A stretch of 64,000 nt of DNA. Origin: an uncultured Actinomycetota bacterium (GTDB lineage Bacteria > Actinomycetota > Actinomycetes > Propionibacteriales > Nocardioidaceae). The number at the start of each line of letters is the position of its first letter. Position 1 is the stretch's first letter. Below, in pieces: positions 53,474-63,232 of the stretch. Below the pieces are notes generated by a model that saw only the letters and a list, made by a program, of their open reading frames with translations, searched no databases and had not been told where the DNA came from. The stretch lies in assembly GCA_963788445.1 (NCBI GenBank), contig CAWBGN010000007.1, positions 35,550-99,549 of the forward strand. Direction: 5' to 3'. Made by a program: the position numbers and the translations under genes.

Positions 53474-54145
53474 TCAGCCCCTCCAGAGCACGGTGAGGCT
53501 GGGATCGTCGAGCGGCCCGACGACCCGGAAGTAGCGAGCGGCGTCCTCCTCGGTCACGGCCAGGACGAGCTGGCGCCGGCCGCTGACCGCGAAGGACTCG
53601 TCGATCACCGGAACGTCGATCACCGTCACGCCCGTCAGCACCGCCTCGCTCCGGTCGGTGGCGCCGGACCCGCCGCTTCCCTCGCCCGCCGTCCCGGTGA
53701 GGTAGACGTCCACCACCGACCCGGCCCGCACCGCCGGCGGGACCAGGGACGAGTCGACGGCCACCGGCAGCTGGATCGTGTCGCCCTCAGCGGCCGGGCC
53801 GACAGCGGCCCGCGGAAGCAGCTCACCCGCGCCGACGCCGCGCTTGAGCTGGAGGCCGGACGGGAGCTCCTCGGCGACCACGAAGTAGGTCTCGAGGTCG
53901 CCGTCCTCCACGAAACGCACGCGTTGGGACACGAGGTCGTCGGCGGTGACCGTGTCGCCGGCACCCATGTCGGACTCGACCGCCCAGACGGCGACGGAGT
54001 CGTCGGCGGCGCCGAGCAGCCGGGCGCCGGCGACCACCGACACCGCGACGATCGCGATCCCGATCCAGAGTCGCGGATCCCGCCAGCCGGGCGCCGTGGC
54101 CCGGGTCGCGAGTGGCGCGTCAGGTCCCCCGAGATTCCTGCTCAC
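53474..54145 (-). CDS. SAF-domain (CpaB/RcpC-like) protein
   Basis: WRDPRLWIG plus TM helix; GDTVTADDL, GAGELLP and GSVVDVY motifs. Confidence 0.75.
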   Translation of the reverse strand: MSRNLGGPDAPLATRATAPGWRDPRLWIGIAIVAVSVVAGARLLGAADDSVAVWAVESDMGAGDTVTADDLVSQRVRFVEDGDLETYFVVAEELPSGLQLKRGVGAGELLPRAAVGPAAEGDTIQLPVAVDSSLVPPAVRAGSVVDVYLTGTAGEGSGGSGATDRSEAVLTGVTVIDVPVIDESFAVSGRRQLVLAVTEEDAARYFRVVGPLDDPSLTVLWRG

Positions 54146-54245
54146 GCGGACATCATGCAACCCGGACCGGCCGCGGGTCACGCGGTTCTCCACAGGCCGC
54201 GCGCCGACGTTCCGGGGGGAGGACACGGGGTGCGACGATGGGCGC

Positions 54246-54482
54246 ATGCCCGGGACGCCGCGATTCCTGACCCTCGCCGACGTGGCCGAGGTGCTCAGCA
54301 CGTCCAGTGCACAGGTCTACGCGCTGGTGCGCCGGGGCGACCTGCCCGCGATCAAGATCGGCGGGCGCGGGCAGTGGCGCGTGGAGTCCTCGGAGCTGGA
54401 GAACTACATCCAGCGGATGTACGCCGAGACCCGCACCTTCGTCGACGAGCACCCGTACGTCGAGGCCGACAGCCAGGACTAG
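54246..54482 (+). CDS. Small HTH DNA-binding protein (excisionase/BldC-like fold)
   Basis: RFLTLADVAEVL..VYALVRRGDLPAIKIGGRGQWRV. Confidence 0.85.
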   Translation: MPGTPRFLTLADVAEVLSTSSAQVYALVRRGDLPAIKIGGRGQWRVESSELENYIQRMYAETRTFVDEHPYVEADSQD

Positions 54483-54491
54483 CGCTGTGCC

Positions 54492-55839
54492 TCAGCCGGT
54501 CTCGGCGCCGAGCGTCACCTCGACGACCCGCTCCTTGCCGTCCCGGGTGATCGTGAACTCGATCGTCTCGCCGGGCTGGTGGGTGCGGATCGCGACGATC
54601 AGGGCGATGCCGTCGGTGACCCGTTCGCCGTCGATCGCGGTGATCAGGTCGTCCTTCTCGAGCCCGCTCCGGTCCGCCGGGGTGTTGTCCTGGACCGAGT
54701 CGATCCGGGCACCCTCCCCGTCGGTCTCGCCGGTCTGGACCTTGGCGCCGATGACCGGGTAGCGAGCCTCACCGGTGCGCAGGATCTGGTCGGCGGTGAT
54801 CCGGACCTGCTCGATCGGGATCGCGAAGCCGACGCCGATGTTGCCTGTCTCGCCGCCGACGGCCCCACCGGTCGTGGCGATCGCGCTGTTCACGCCGACC
54901 ACGCGGCCCCGGAGGTCGACCAGCGGGCCTCCGGAGTTGCCCGGGTTGATCGCGGCATCCGTCTGCACCGCGTTGATGTAGGACGAGTCGTTCGACGAGT
55001 CGCCGGTGGTGACCGGGCGGTCGAGGGCGCTGACGATGCCCGCGGTGACGGTCGAGCTCAGGCCGAGCGGCGAACCGAACGCGACGACCGGGTCACCCAC
55101 GTGCAGGGCGCGCGAGGCACCCAGCGAGGCGGGACGCAGGTCGCGGGCGTCCGCGGAGAACAGCACGGCCAGGTCGTAGACGGGGCTGCGCCCGACCACC
55201 TCGGCCTGGTAGTGGTTGCCGTCCTGGTCGACGACCTCGATCGGGCCGTCGTTCTGTGCGGCGTCCGCGACGACGTGGTTGTTCGTGATGATGTGGCCCT
55301 GCTTGTCGAGCACGAAGCCGGACCCCGTTGCGCCACCCTTCTCCCCCTGGTACTCGGCGGAGATCTGGACCGTGCTCGGGAGCAGCTCCTGGGCGACCGC
55401 GGCGACCGAACCGTTGTCGGCCGGCAGCGGCGCCGCGGTGACGGTGTCGACGCCCTCCAGTCCGCCGGAGACCAGACCGGGAGTGTAGTCGGTCAGCCGC
55501 TCGAAGAGCAGGCTGCCGAACGCGCCGCCGACGAGACCGAGCACCAGGGCGAGTGCGCAGACCAACGGCCAGGTCCAGCCGGGGAGGCGGCCCTTGGGTG
55601 GCGGCGGAGGCGGTGGCTGGCCGTAGGCGGCGTACGGGCGAGGGTGGAGCGGCGGCGGGACCGCGCCGTACTGCGGGCCCCACTGGCCCGGAGGCGGCTG
55701 GGTCACGGGCGGCATCCACGAGGCCGCGCCGGCGGGCGGGTACCCCGGATCCGCAGACAAGCGGGACCGTGGGCTCCGTGGTGTCCGGCTCCTGCGGCTG
55801 CTCGGAGGCAGGCCGGTCACCCTCGTCGTGGTCCGTCAC
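54492..55839 (-). CDS. htrA: HtrA-like S1C serine protease with PDZ domain (frameshift near 55770)
   Basis: GSGFV, TNNHV, YDLAV and QTDAAINPGNSGGPL motifs; Pro-rich N-terminus plus TM helix. Confidence 0.9.
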
Positions 55840-55872
55840 GCAGCCATTTTCCCCCACGCCCGGAAGCCGTGG

Positions 55873-56335
55873 CTACGGGGTGGCGTTTCGGCGGAAGTCC
55901 GACGGCGCGGGGACCCGCACCGTGCTGGGAGCGTCGGACTGCCGGGTGACGCTCGCGGGCGGCGTACGCCGCTCGATGTTGGGCGTGTCGGCCGGACCGA
56001 TGCCGAGCGCGAGCACGCCCATGAAGGCGGCTCCGACGGCGCCACCGCCCATGGCGACCAGGCCGACGTTGCGGCGCATCCGCCCGTCGTCGGTCGGGAA
56101 CTGGCGGGCCGGCCAGCACGGACTGCGGCGAGCCGAGCAGCGAGCCCTTGAGCCGGTCCGGCGTCGGGGTGTCGCCGAAGGAGAGCCCGGCCAGCCGGGT
56201 CTTCACCCAGCCCTCGTGCTCGACGAGGTCGCGGCACAGGTGGCAGACGTGGACGTGAGCCCAGGCGCGTTCCGCCTCTTCCGAGGACATCTGGCCGTCG
56301 AGCAGGGCGCTCACACGCGAGCCGAGGTGCCCCAT
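55873..56335 (-). CDS. rseA: ZAS-type anti-sigma factor (frameshift near 56100)
   Basis: HLG..SALLDG..AHVHVCHLC (HxxxCxxC); C-terminal TM helix; directly downstream of sigE. Confidence 0.8.
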
Positions 56336-56979
56336 CACGACGCACCCCACCCCGTGAGGATCGGACCGGTCGCGGGTCCGGAGTAGCGGGATCGGCCGGC
56401 CTGGGGCGCGCGGTGCGCCAGCGCCTTGCGGAGCATGGCTCGACCGCGGTGGATCCGGGAGCGGACGGTGCCGAGCTTCGCGCCCAGGATCTCGGCGATC
56501 TCGTCGTAGGAGAGGCCCTCGACGTCGCAGAGCACGACCGCGGCCCGGAAGTCCGGCGGCAGCGTGGCCAGGGCCCGCTCGATGTCGTCGTCGAAGGTCT
56601 GGTCGGCGTACGCCGCGTCGGGACTCGGCGACGCACTGCTGAGGCGGCTGGCGCGCTCGTCGGACAGCGCGTCGAAGCGGATCCGCTGCTTGCGCCGGGC
56701 CTGGTCGAGGAAGAGGTTGGTGGTGATCCGGTGCAGCCAGCCCTCGAAGGTGCCGGGCGTGTAGGTCGACAGGCTGCGGAACACGCGCACGAAGACCTCC
56801 TGGGTGAGGTCCTCGGCGTCGTGGCGGTTGCCGGTCAGCCGGTAGGCGAGCCGGAAGACGCGGTCGGAGTGCAGCTCGACGATCTCGTCCCACGTGGGAA
56901 CCTCGCCGGTCGTCTCCACCGGAGCCTCCTTCTCGCGCTGTCGCGCCTGCGAACCGAACAGTGTCCTGACCTTCCTCAC
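56335..56979 (-). CDS. sigE: ECF sigma factor SigE
   Basis: [69 protein letters not shown]. Confidence 0.92.
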   Translation of the reverse strand: MRKVRTLFGSQARQREKEAPVETTGEVPTWDEIVELHSDRVFRLAYRLTGNRHDAEDLTQEVFVRVFRSLSTYTPGTFEGWLHRITTNLFLDQARRKQRIRFDALSDERASRLSSASPSPDAAYADQTFDDDIERALATLPPDFRAAVVLCDVEGLSYDEIAEILGAKLGTVRSRIHRGRAMLRKALAHRAPQAGRSRYSGPATGPILTGWGAS

Positions 56980-57000
56980 GTTAGGGCCGACGGCTGAGAG

Positions 57001-57072
57001 AACGCTGTGAGAGCGCCTCCGGGTTCCTGCGAACCCTGCCCTCTCAACGACCCTGCGGCCCGTCGTGTTCCC
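57001..57072 (-). promoter_or_regulatory. Two ECF-type (SigH/SigE) promoters upstream of sigE
   Basis: GGGAAC-N17-CGTTG at 57072-57045 and GGAAC-N18-CGTT at 57027-57001. Confidence 0.6.
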
Positions 57073-57161
57073 AGCGGCGGGGAACGGCTTCAGCGTTATA
57101 GGGTCGAGACGCTCGTCCACGCCGGCCGGCGCTCGGCCAGTGTCCCACCCAGGAGGCCGCC

Positions 57162-57822
57162 ATCACCACGCCGATCAAGCCCGCGAGTTGGTCCTACGCC
57201 GAGGCGCATGTCGCCGAGGACGACGTCCTCGCCGCCGCCCGGTCGCGCGCGGAGGAGGTGGGAGTCGTCCCGATCGGCCCCGGTGGAGGTGCGGCGCTGC
57301 GGTTCCTCGCCGCGGTCCTCGACGCGCGGGCCGTCGTGGAGATCGGGACCGGCACCGGCGTCTCGGGCCTGTGGCTGCTGCGCGGCATGCGCGCCGACGG
57401 AGTGCTCACCACCGTCGACATCGAGGCCGAGCACCAGCGGCTCGCCAAGCAGTCGTTCTCCGAGGCCGGCATCCCCGTCCAGCGGGCCCGCACCATCTCC
57501 GGCGGCCGCGCTCGACGTACTCCCCCGACTGACCGACGGTCACTACGACCTGGTCTTCTGCGACGGCGACAAGGCGGAGTACGGCGCGTACCTCAAGGAG
57601 GCGCTGCGGCTGCTCCGCCCCGGCGGCGTCGTGGCGTTCGACAACGCGCTGTGGCACGACCGGGTCGCCGACCCCGCCCAGCGGGACGAGGAGACCGTCG
57701 CGATCCGCGAGCTCGGCCGCGAGATCGCCGAGAACGACACCCTGGTCTCCGTGCTGCTGCCGGTCGGCGACGGTCTGCTGGCCGCGAAGAAGGAGTGGGC
57801 CCCGGAGGGCGACGCCGAGTAG
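57162..57822 (+). CDS. O-methyltransferase (apparent ATC start; frameshift near 57505)
   Basis: [30 protein letters not shown] and PVGDGLL motifs; AGGAGG 5 nt before ATC. Confidence 0.88.
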
Positions 57823-57845
57823 TCCCGTTCGTTGGTTGACGTGCG

Positions 57846-58184
57846 TCAGGCCCGCGGGGCGGCGTTGAAGCCGTCCCAGCCCTCGGCGACGGCAACGATG
57901 TCGCACTCCTCGATCAGCACCGGAGCACTGCCGATCAGCTGGGAGCCGGGGGCGTCGGCCGCGCCGGCGGCGAAGGTCTCCTGGAACTCCGAGCGGGCCT
58001 CGTCGGAGGCGAAGACGTAGACGCCCTCGAACCACTCACCCGCGCGCATCCGCCAGGTCTTGAACTGGAGGCCGGCCATGCCGGTGAACTTCGCGTGCGA
58101 GGTGTCCGCGACGTACGTCGCCAGCTCGGCCTCGACGCCCGCGGGCGCGTCGGCGAGGGACCAGCGGACGGTCAGGCCCTTCAA
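57846..58184 (-). CDS. Small YdhR/dimeric alpha-beta barrel-like protein
   Basis: GLQFKTW..FEGVYVF; TTG start overlaps the aminopeptidase stop. Confidence 0.65.
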   Translation of the reverse strand: MKGLTVRWSLADAPAGVEAELATYVADTSHAKFTGMAGLQFKTWRMRAGEWFEGVYVFASDEARSEFQETFAAGAADAPGSQLIGSAPVLIEECDIVAVAEGWDGFNAAPRA

Positions 58185-59746
58185 CTGATGCCGGCCAGGG
58201 GTTCGGGGCTGCCGAGCCAGCTCAGCAGCGCGCGGGCGCCGAAGCCGGTGGGGCCGACGGTCCACTCGAAGCTGTCGGCCGGGGCGTCACCGACGGAGGC
58301 GATGTCGAGGTGGGCCCACGGCAGCTTCCCGACGAAGTGCTGGAGGAACAGGGCCGCGGTGATCGCGCCGGGGCCGCCGGGCGCGTTGTCGGCGTCGGCG
58401 ACCTTCGAGGACAGCTTCTCCTCGTAGTCGGCGGCCAGCGGGAAGCGCCACAGCGGCTCCCCGGAGGCCTCTCCGGCGTCGTGGATCGCCGTGGCGAGGT
58501 CGTCGTTGTTGGCGAAGAACCCGCCGACCTGCTGGCCGAGGGCGACCTTCATCGCCCCGGTCAGGGTGGCGACGTCCACGAGGACGTCGGGGTCGAGCTT
58601 GTCGACGGCGTAGGCCAGGGCGTCGGCCATGACGACCCGGCCCTCAGCGTCGGTGTTGTTGACCTCGGTGGTGCGTCCGCCGTAGTGGCGGACGACGTCG
58701 CCGGGGCGCAGGGAGTTGCCGCCGACGGCGTTCTCGGCTGCTGCGACCAGGCCGGTGACCTTGACCGGGCAGCCGATGGCGGCGAGGGCGCCCATGACGG
58801 CGAGCACCACGGCGCCCCCGGTCATGTCGCGCTTCATGTTGACCATCGCCTCGGCCGGCTTGATGGACAGTCCCCCGGTGTCGAAGGTGATCCCCTTGCC
58901 GACCAGGACGACGTGCGGGGCCTTGCGGGCGCCCTTCGAGGGTGTGTAGTCGAGCTGGATCAGCCGCGGCGGTGTGGCCGAGGCCTGTCCGATGCCGAGG
59001 ATTCCGCCGAAGCCGTCGGCCTCGAGCTTCTCGACGTCCCAGACCCGGGCCTTGAGCCCGGCCTCCTCGGCGAGAACGACGGCCTGGTCGGCCAGCCACT
59101 GGGGGTTCTTGATGTTGGACGGGACGGTGGCGAGCATCCGGGAGCGCCAGCCGGCGCCTCCGATCGCGAGCGCACGGTCGAGCGCCCGGGCCAGGTCTGC
59201 GTCGTCGGGGAAGCCGGCGAGGACGATCCGGCCGACCGGGGTGTGCTCGGGAGCGGCCGACCGCAGGTGGAAGGCGAAGGAGCCGAGCATCGCCCCCACC
59301 ACGAACGCCTCGAGCCCGCCGCTGGGTGCGATCGAGGGGATGGACGTCGCGACGCTGCTGCGGTCGCGGGTGGCCCGGGCGAGCGCGGCTCCGGCCCGTC
59401 GGAAGTCCGCGACCCGCTGCTCGCCGACTCCCACGAGCTGGATCCAGCGCAGGTCGGGGTTCTCCGCGCCACCGAGCGGGACCGGCACCGAGCAGACCTC
59501 ACCGGCCTTGCCCGTGGCGTCGTTCAGCTCGAGCACGCCGAGGAGGTCGAGACCCGACTCCTCGACGATCTCCGCCGCACCGGGGCCGAGCAGCACGCCG
59601 TCGCCGTCCGGGTCGGGCAGGACGGGGACGGCAACGACCTCGACGCCACGGATCGCGTGAGGGCCGAGGGCACTCAGGGCGAACTCCGGAGGGGAAGCCT
59701 GAGTGGGGAGAGCGGAGGTGTCTGTGTGGTGTTCGATCGGGGGCAC
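58181..59746 (-). CDS. Leucyl aminopeptidase (M17)
   Basis: VGKGITFDTGG, MKRDMTG, NTDAEGR, ATLTGA and WAHLDIA motifs. Confidence 0.93.
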   Translation of the reverse strand: MPPIEHHTDTSALPTQASPPEFALSALGPHAIRGVEVVAVPVLPDPDGDGVLLGPGAAEIVEESGLDLLGVLELNDATGKAGEVCSVPVPLGGAENPDLRWIQLVGVGEQRVADFRRAGAALARATRDRSSVATSIPSIAPSGGLEAFVVGAMLGSFAFHLRSAAPEHTPVGRIVLAGFPDDADLARALDRALAIGGAGWRSRMLATVPSNIKNPQWLADQAVVLAEEAGLKARVWDVEKLEADGFGGILGIGQASATPPRLIQLDYTPSKGARKAPHVVLVGKGITFDTGGLSIKPAEAMVNMKRDMTGGAVVLAVMGALAAIGCPVKVTGLVAAAENAVGGNSLRPGDVVRHYGGRTTEVNNTDAEGRVVMADALAYAVDKLDPDVLVDVATLTGAMKVALGQQVGGFFANNDDLATAIHDAGEASGEPLWRFPLAADYEEKLSSKVADADNAPGGPGAITAALFLQHFVGKLPWAHLDIASVGDAPADSFEWTVGPTGFGARALLSWLGSPEPLAGIS

Positions 59747-59747
59747 G

Positions 59748-59915
59748 TCAGCCGACGACGTCCTTGAGGGCTTCACCGAGAGCGCCGGCCTCTTCGGCGT
59801 TCAGCTCGACGACGAGACGACCCCCGCCTTCGAGCGGGACGCGCATCACAATGCCGCGTCCCTCCTTGGTGACCTCCAGCGGACCGTCGCCCGTCCGGGG
59901 CTTCATCGCCGCCAT
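59748..59915 (-). CDS. DUF3117 small protein (55 aa; not in the ORF track)
   Basis: MAAMKPRTGDGPLEVTKEGRGIVMRVPLEGGGRLVVEL; GAGG RBS. Confidence 0.9.
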   Translation of the reverse strand: MAAMKPRTGDGPLEVTKEGRGIVMRVPLEGGGRLVVELNAEEAGALGEALKDVVG

Positions 59916-60055
59916 CCGCGCACCTCTACTTTCGTTCCCGATTCAGAGTTGGACAGGTGGTGGCGTCACGGCCACACCGTTCACGGAATCATTATCCCCT
60001 ATTCATGCGTGATGCGGGGCACAGGGCCGACGGTCCGGGCTGGCAGACTCCCCTC

Positions 60056-60835
60056 ATGCACGCGCGTTCGGCTCTGTTCGACGTCTACGGCGACCACCTG
60101 CGCGCCCGCGGCAGCCAGGCTCCGGTGGCCGGACTGGTCCGGATGCTCGACCCGGTGGGCATCGCGGCACCCGCGGTCCGGACCGCCATCTCCCGCATGG
60201 TCATGCAGGACTGGCTCGAGCCCGTCCGGCTCGAGGGCGGCCGCGGCTACCGCGCGACGGGCCGGGCGATTCGGCGTCTCGACGAGGCAGCAGACCGGAT
60301 CTACCGGCGTACCGACCAGACCTGGGACGGCAGTTGGCACCTCGCGTTCGTCGACCCGCCCGCGGCCCGGGGGGCGCGCAACCGGCTGCGCGCCGACCTC
60401 GGGTTCATGGGGTACGCCGAGCTGGTCGCCGACGTGTGGGTGAGCCCGTTCCCGCGCAACGAGCTGGCCCCCGTGGTCGAGCACGCGGGTGTCGGCGTGC
60501 GCACCGCACGGGCCGACCACTTCGACCCGCCGCCGACGTCCGCGTGGGACCTCGACGCCCTGCGCGCCGCCTATGACCACTGGCTCGCGACCGCCGACGA
60601 TCTGATCGCCACCCAGGCCGCCGGCCACGACGACCCTGACGAGGCGGCGTTCGCGGCGCGCTTCCATCTGGTCCACGAGTGGCGCAAGTTCCTCTTCGCC
60701 GATCCGGGTCTGCCCGACGACCTGTTGCCCGGCAACTGGCCTGGCCGGGCGGCCGCGGGCCTGTTCGCGGGCGAGGCGACCCGGCTCAAGCCGGGTTCGG
60801 ACCGGTTCGTGGCGCGCTGCCTCGACGGGGACTAG
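60056..60835 (+). CDS. PaaX-family transcriptional regulator
   Basis: ARSALFDVYGD..AVRTAISRM; WDGSW, WDL and WRKFLFADPGLP..LLP..WPG motifs. Confidence 0.9.
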   Translation: MHARSALFDVYGDHLRARGSQAPVAGLVRMLDPVGIAAPAVRTAISRMVMQDWLEPVRLEGGRGYRATGRAIRRLDEAADRIYRRTDQTWDGSWHLAFVDPPAARGARNRLRADLGFMGYAELVADVWVSPFPRNELAPVVEHAGVGVRTARADHFDPPPTSAWDLDALRAAYDHWLATADDLIATQAAGHDDPDEAAFAARFHLVHEWRKFLFADPGLPDDLLPGNWPGRAAAGLFAGEATRLKPGSDRFVARCLDGD

Positions 60836-60874
60836 CTGGGGCACGTCGTTGCGGGGTCCGGCAGACTGCACCCC

Positions 60875-61684
60875 ATGACGGACTCCCCCTCCTCCGACAG
60901 CCCCGTGCTCCTCGACCTCTCCGACGGCGTCGCCACGATCACGCTCAACCGTCCGGATGCGATGAACAGCCTCGACGTGGCCACCAAGGTGGCGTTGCTC
61001 GAGGCCGTCCGGAAGGTGGCCGAGGACCCGGCCGCGCGGTGCGTCGTACTCACCGGCACCGGCCGCGCGTTCTGCGTCGGGCAGGACCTCAAGGAGCACA
61101 TCGAGATCCTGCGCAGCGGGTCCAGCGAGTCGCTGTTCCGGACCGTCGACGAGCACTACAACCCGATCGTCACCGCGCTCGCGACGATGCCGAAGCCGGT
61201 CGTCGCCGCGGTCAACGGCGTCGCCGCAGGCGCGGGCGCGAGCCTGGCGTTCGCGTGCGACCTGCGGATCCTCACGGACTCGGCCGGCTACAACCTCGCG
61301 TTCGCCAACGTGGCCCTGTCCTGCGACACCGGCTCGAGCTACCACCTGCAGCGGCTGGTCGGCCGCGCCAAGGCGATCGAGCTGCTCTACTTCCCGCGCA
61401 CCATCTCGGCCGAGGACTCGCTCGACCTGGGCCTGGCCACCCAGGTCGTCGCCACCGACGAGCTGTCGGCGACGGTCCGCAGGCTCGCGATCCGGCTCGC
61501 GTCCGGGCCGACCGTCGCACTCGGCGCGATGCGCCAGTCGGTCGCGTACGCCTCCGGTCACTCCTTCGAGGAGGCCCTGGAGTTCGAGAGCGCGATGATG
61601 CAGAAGACCGGCGCGACCGCCGACCACCAGGCCGCGGTGGCGTCGTTCGTGGCCAAGGAGAAGCCGGTCTTCGAGGGCCGCTGA
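60875..61684 (+). CDS. Enoyl-CoA hydratase/isomerase family protein
   Basis: ITLNRP, RAFCVGQDL and KPVVAAVNGVAAGAG motifs. Confidence 0.92.
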   Translation: MTDSPSSDSPVLLDLSDGVATITLNRPDAMNSLDVATKVALLEAVRKVAEDPAARCVVLTGTGRAFCVGQDLKEHIEILRSGSSESLFRTVDEHYNPIVTALATMPKPVVAAVNGVAAGAGASLAFACDLRILTDSAGYNLAFANVALSCDTGSSYHLQRLVGRAKAIELLYFPRTISAEDSLDLGLATQVVATDELSATVRRLAIRLASGPTVALGAMRQSVAYASGHSFEEALEFESAMMQKTGATADHQAAVASFVAKEKPVFEGR

Positions 61685-61690
61685 CCTGCC

Positions 61691-62459
61691 CTACCGGCGC
61701 CGGGCGCCCCAGATCGAGAGGATCCGGCGGGGCGCCTGCACTCGCATCAGTCGCTTCGAGGGATTCGAGCCGTACTCGACCGTCAGCGCCGAGCCCCTGA
61801 AGCCGTGGTTGTACCACATGGTCATGGTGCCGTGGCACACGCTGCCGCAGTCGAAACGCTTCGCCGGGAGGTCGAGCTTGCGGGCCACCTTGCGCGCGAA
61901 CCGCCGGTTCTTGGTGTCGGTGTCGACGCCGTGCAACGGCTGGTGGAAGCTCAGGATCCACCGGGGCCTGATGTTGCGCAGGAACCTCATCATCGCCCGG
62001 GTCTCGGGCTCCGACTTCGGACGCGGACCGGACTCGTAGGCGCCGTCAAGGTCGGCCCACCGGTAGGGGAAGTTCCGGTTCAGGTCGACGCCGCGGGCGT
62101 TCTTGCGGGTGTTGCGGGCGATGCCGTCCGGGTTGTACGTCGGGACCACCCACAGGTCGATCCCGCGGATCCGCCTGCCGTTCTTGAGCGACCAGAGGAT
62201 CTGCCGGGTGGCCTGCTCGTCGCCGTGCATGCTCGAGATCAGCAGCACCTTGGGCTTGCCGGTCTGGCCGAGGTGGAAGGCCTTGATCGCGCGACCACGC
62301 ACGGACCTGCCGATCGTCCGGGTCTCGATGACGGCGTCGCGTTGCTCCGCGGTGGCGGTGGCGACCTCCCGCCGTGGAACCCGGGACGGAGACGAGGGCG
62401 AGGGCGGCCGGGACGAGGAGTCCGAGAGTGGCGGCCAGGAGCTTGTGGGTTCGGAGCAA
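61691..62459 (-). CDS. Secreted M14 zinc carboxypeptidase (MpaA-like; frameshift near 62380)
   Basis: HGDE, NPDG, NARGVDLNRNFP, SEPET and SFHQ motifs. Confidence 0.85.
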
Positions 62460-62463
62460 ACCG

Positions 62464-62886
62464 TTACACCGCTTCGATCATGTAGGCGAAGGTGAAGACG
62501 CAGACCCCGACGAGCATGCCGACGTGGGCCAGGATCGACAACCCCGGCCCCTCCGACCAGGTGTCCGACTTGCCCTCGGACGCGTGCTTGCCGCGGCTGG
62601 GCAGCCACCGCACCAGGATGAGCAGGCCGGCGATGACGACCAGCCACCAGAACACCAGCGCGATGATGCCGACGAGAGGGCCGCCGAGAGTCGACTCCGG
62701 GTCGGCGACCAGGAACAGGACCCAGATCACCAGGGCCACGACGCCGGCCGACGTGTGCAGGTTGACCAGTCCGTGCCCGACCTGGAGTGATCCGGCACCG
62801 GTGTCCCGGCCCAGGCGGAGCCGGGTCAGCACGATCACCACGGCAGCCAGGGCGGTCAGGATGTAGACGATCACCTCGAGCGACAC
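62464..62886 (-). CDS. Hypothetical four-TM membrane protein
   Basis: 140-aa hydrophobic ORF with RGKHA motif. Confidence 0.7.
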   Translation of the reverse strand: MSLEVIVYILTALAAVVIVLTRLRLGRDTGAGSLQVGHGLVNLHTSAGVVALVIWVLFLVADPESTLGGPLVGIIALVFWWLVVIAGLLILVRWLPSRGKHASEGKSDTWSEGPGLSILAHVGMLVGVCVFTFAYMIEAV

Positions 62887-62901
62887 GCTGGGAAGTGTGC
62901 C

Positions 62902-63219
62902 CTAGTCGGTCGGTTCGCCGCCACGACCCTCCGAAGTCGGCGGTCGTTCACTTTCCTCGCCCTGCTCAGGCGCCTGCCGTGACTCCAGATCCTCGGCGAG
63001 CCGGTCCAGGAGGGCGTCCACCTCCGACATCCGGTATCCGCGCAACGCAACGGAGAACCGGACCCGCCGCAGGTCGTCCGGGCGCAGCGGGCCGGACGCC
63101 GGCACGCGGGCGTCCGGGCGGTCGTCGTACACCTCGGCGAGCGGAGCGCCGCGACCGGCGGCGAGGACGGCGATGCCGCCCAGCGCGAGCACGATCAGGA
63201 TCGCGAACAACCACATCAT
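62902..63219 (-). CDS. Small DivIVA-domain membrane protein
   Basis: N-terminal TM helix; VRFSVALRGYRMSEVDALLDRL. Confidence 0.85.
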   Translation of the reverse strand: MMWLFAILIVLALGGIAVLAAGRGAPLAEVYDDRPDARVPASGPLRPDDLRRVRFSVALRGYRMSEVDALLDRLAEDLESRQAPEQGEESERPPTSEGRGGEPTD

Positions 63220-63232
63220 CGGAGGGTCACCG

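Noticed and set aside
54246-54482. Excisionase-like HTH as a prophage or ICE marker
   Set aside because: No integrase, att site or phage genes lie nearby and the context is chromosomal housekeeping.
62902-63219. True divIVA/wag31
   Set aside because: Short and TM-anchored, without the long coiled coil; it fits the small DivIVA-domain gene that follows LOG.
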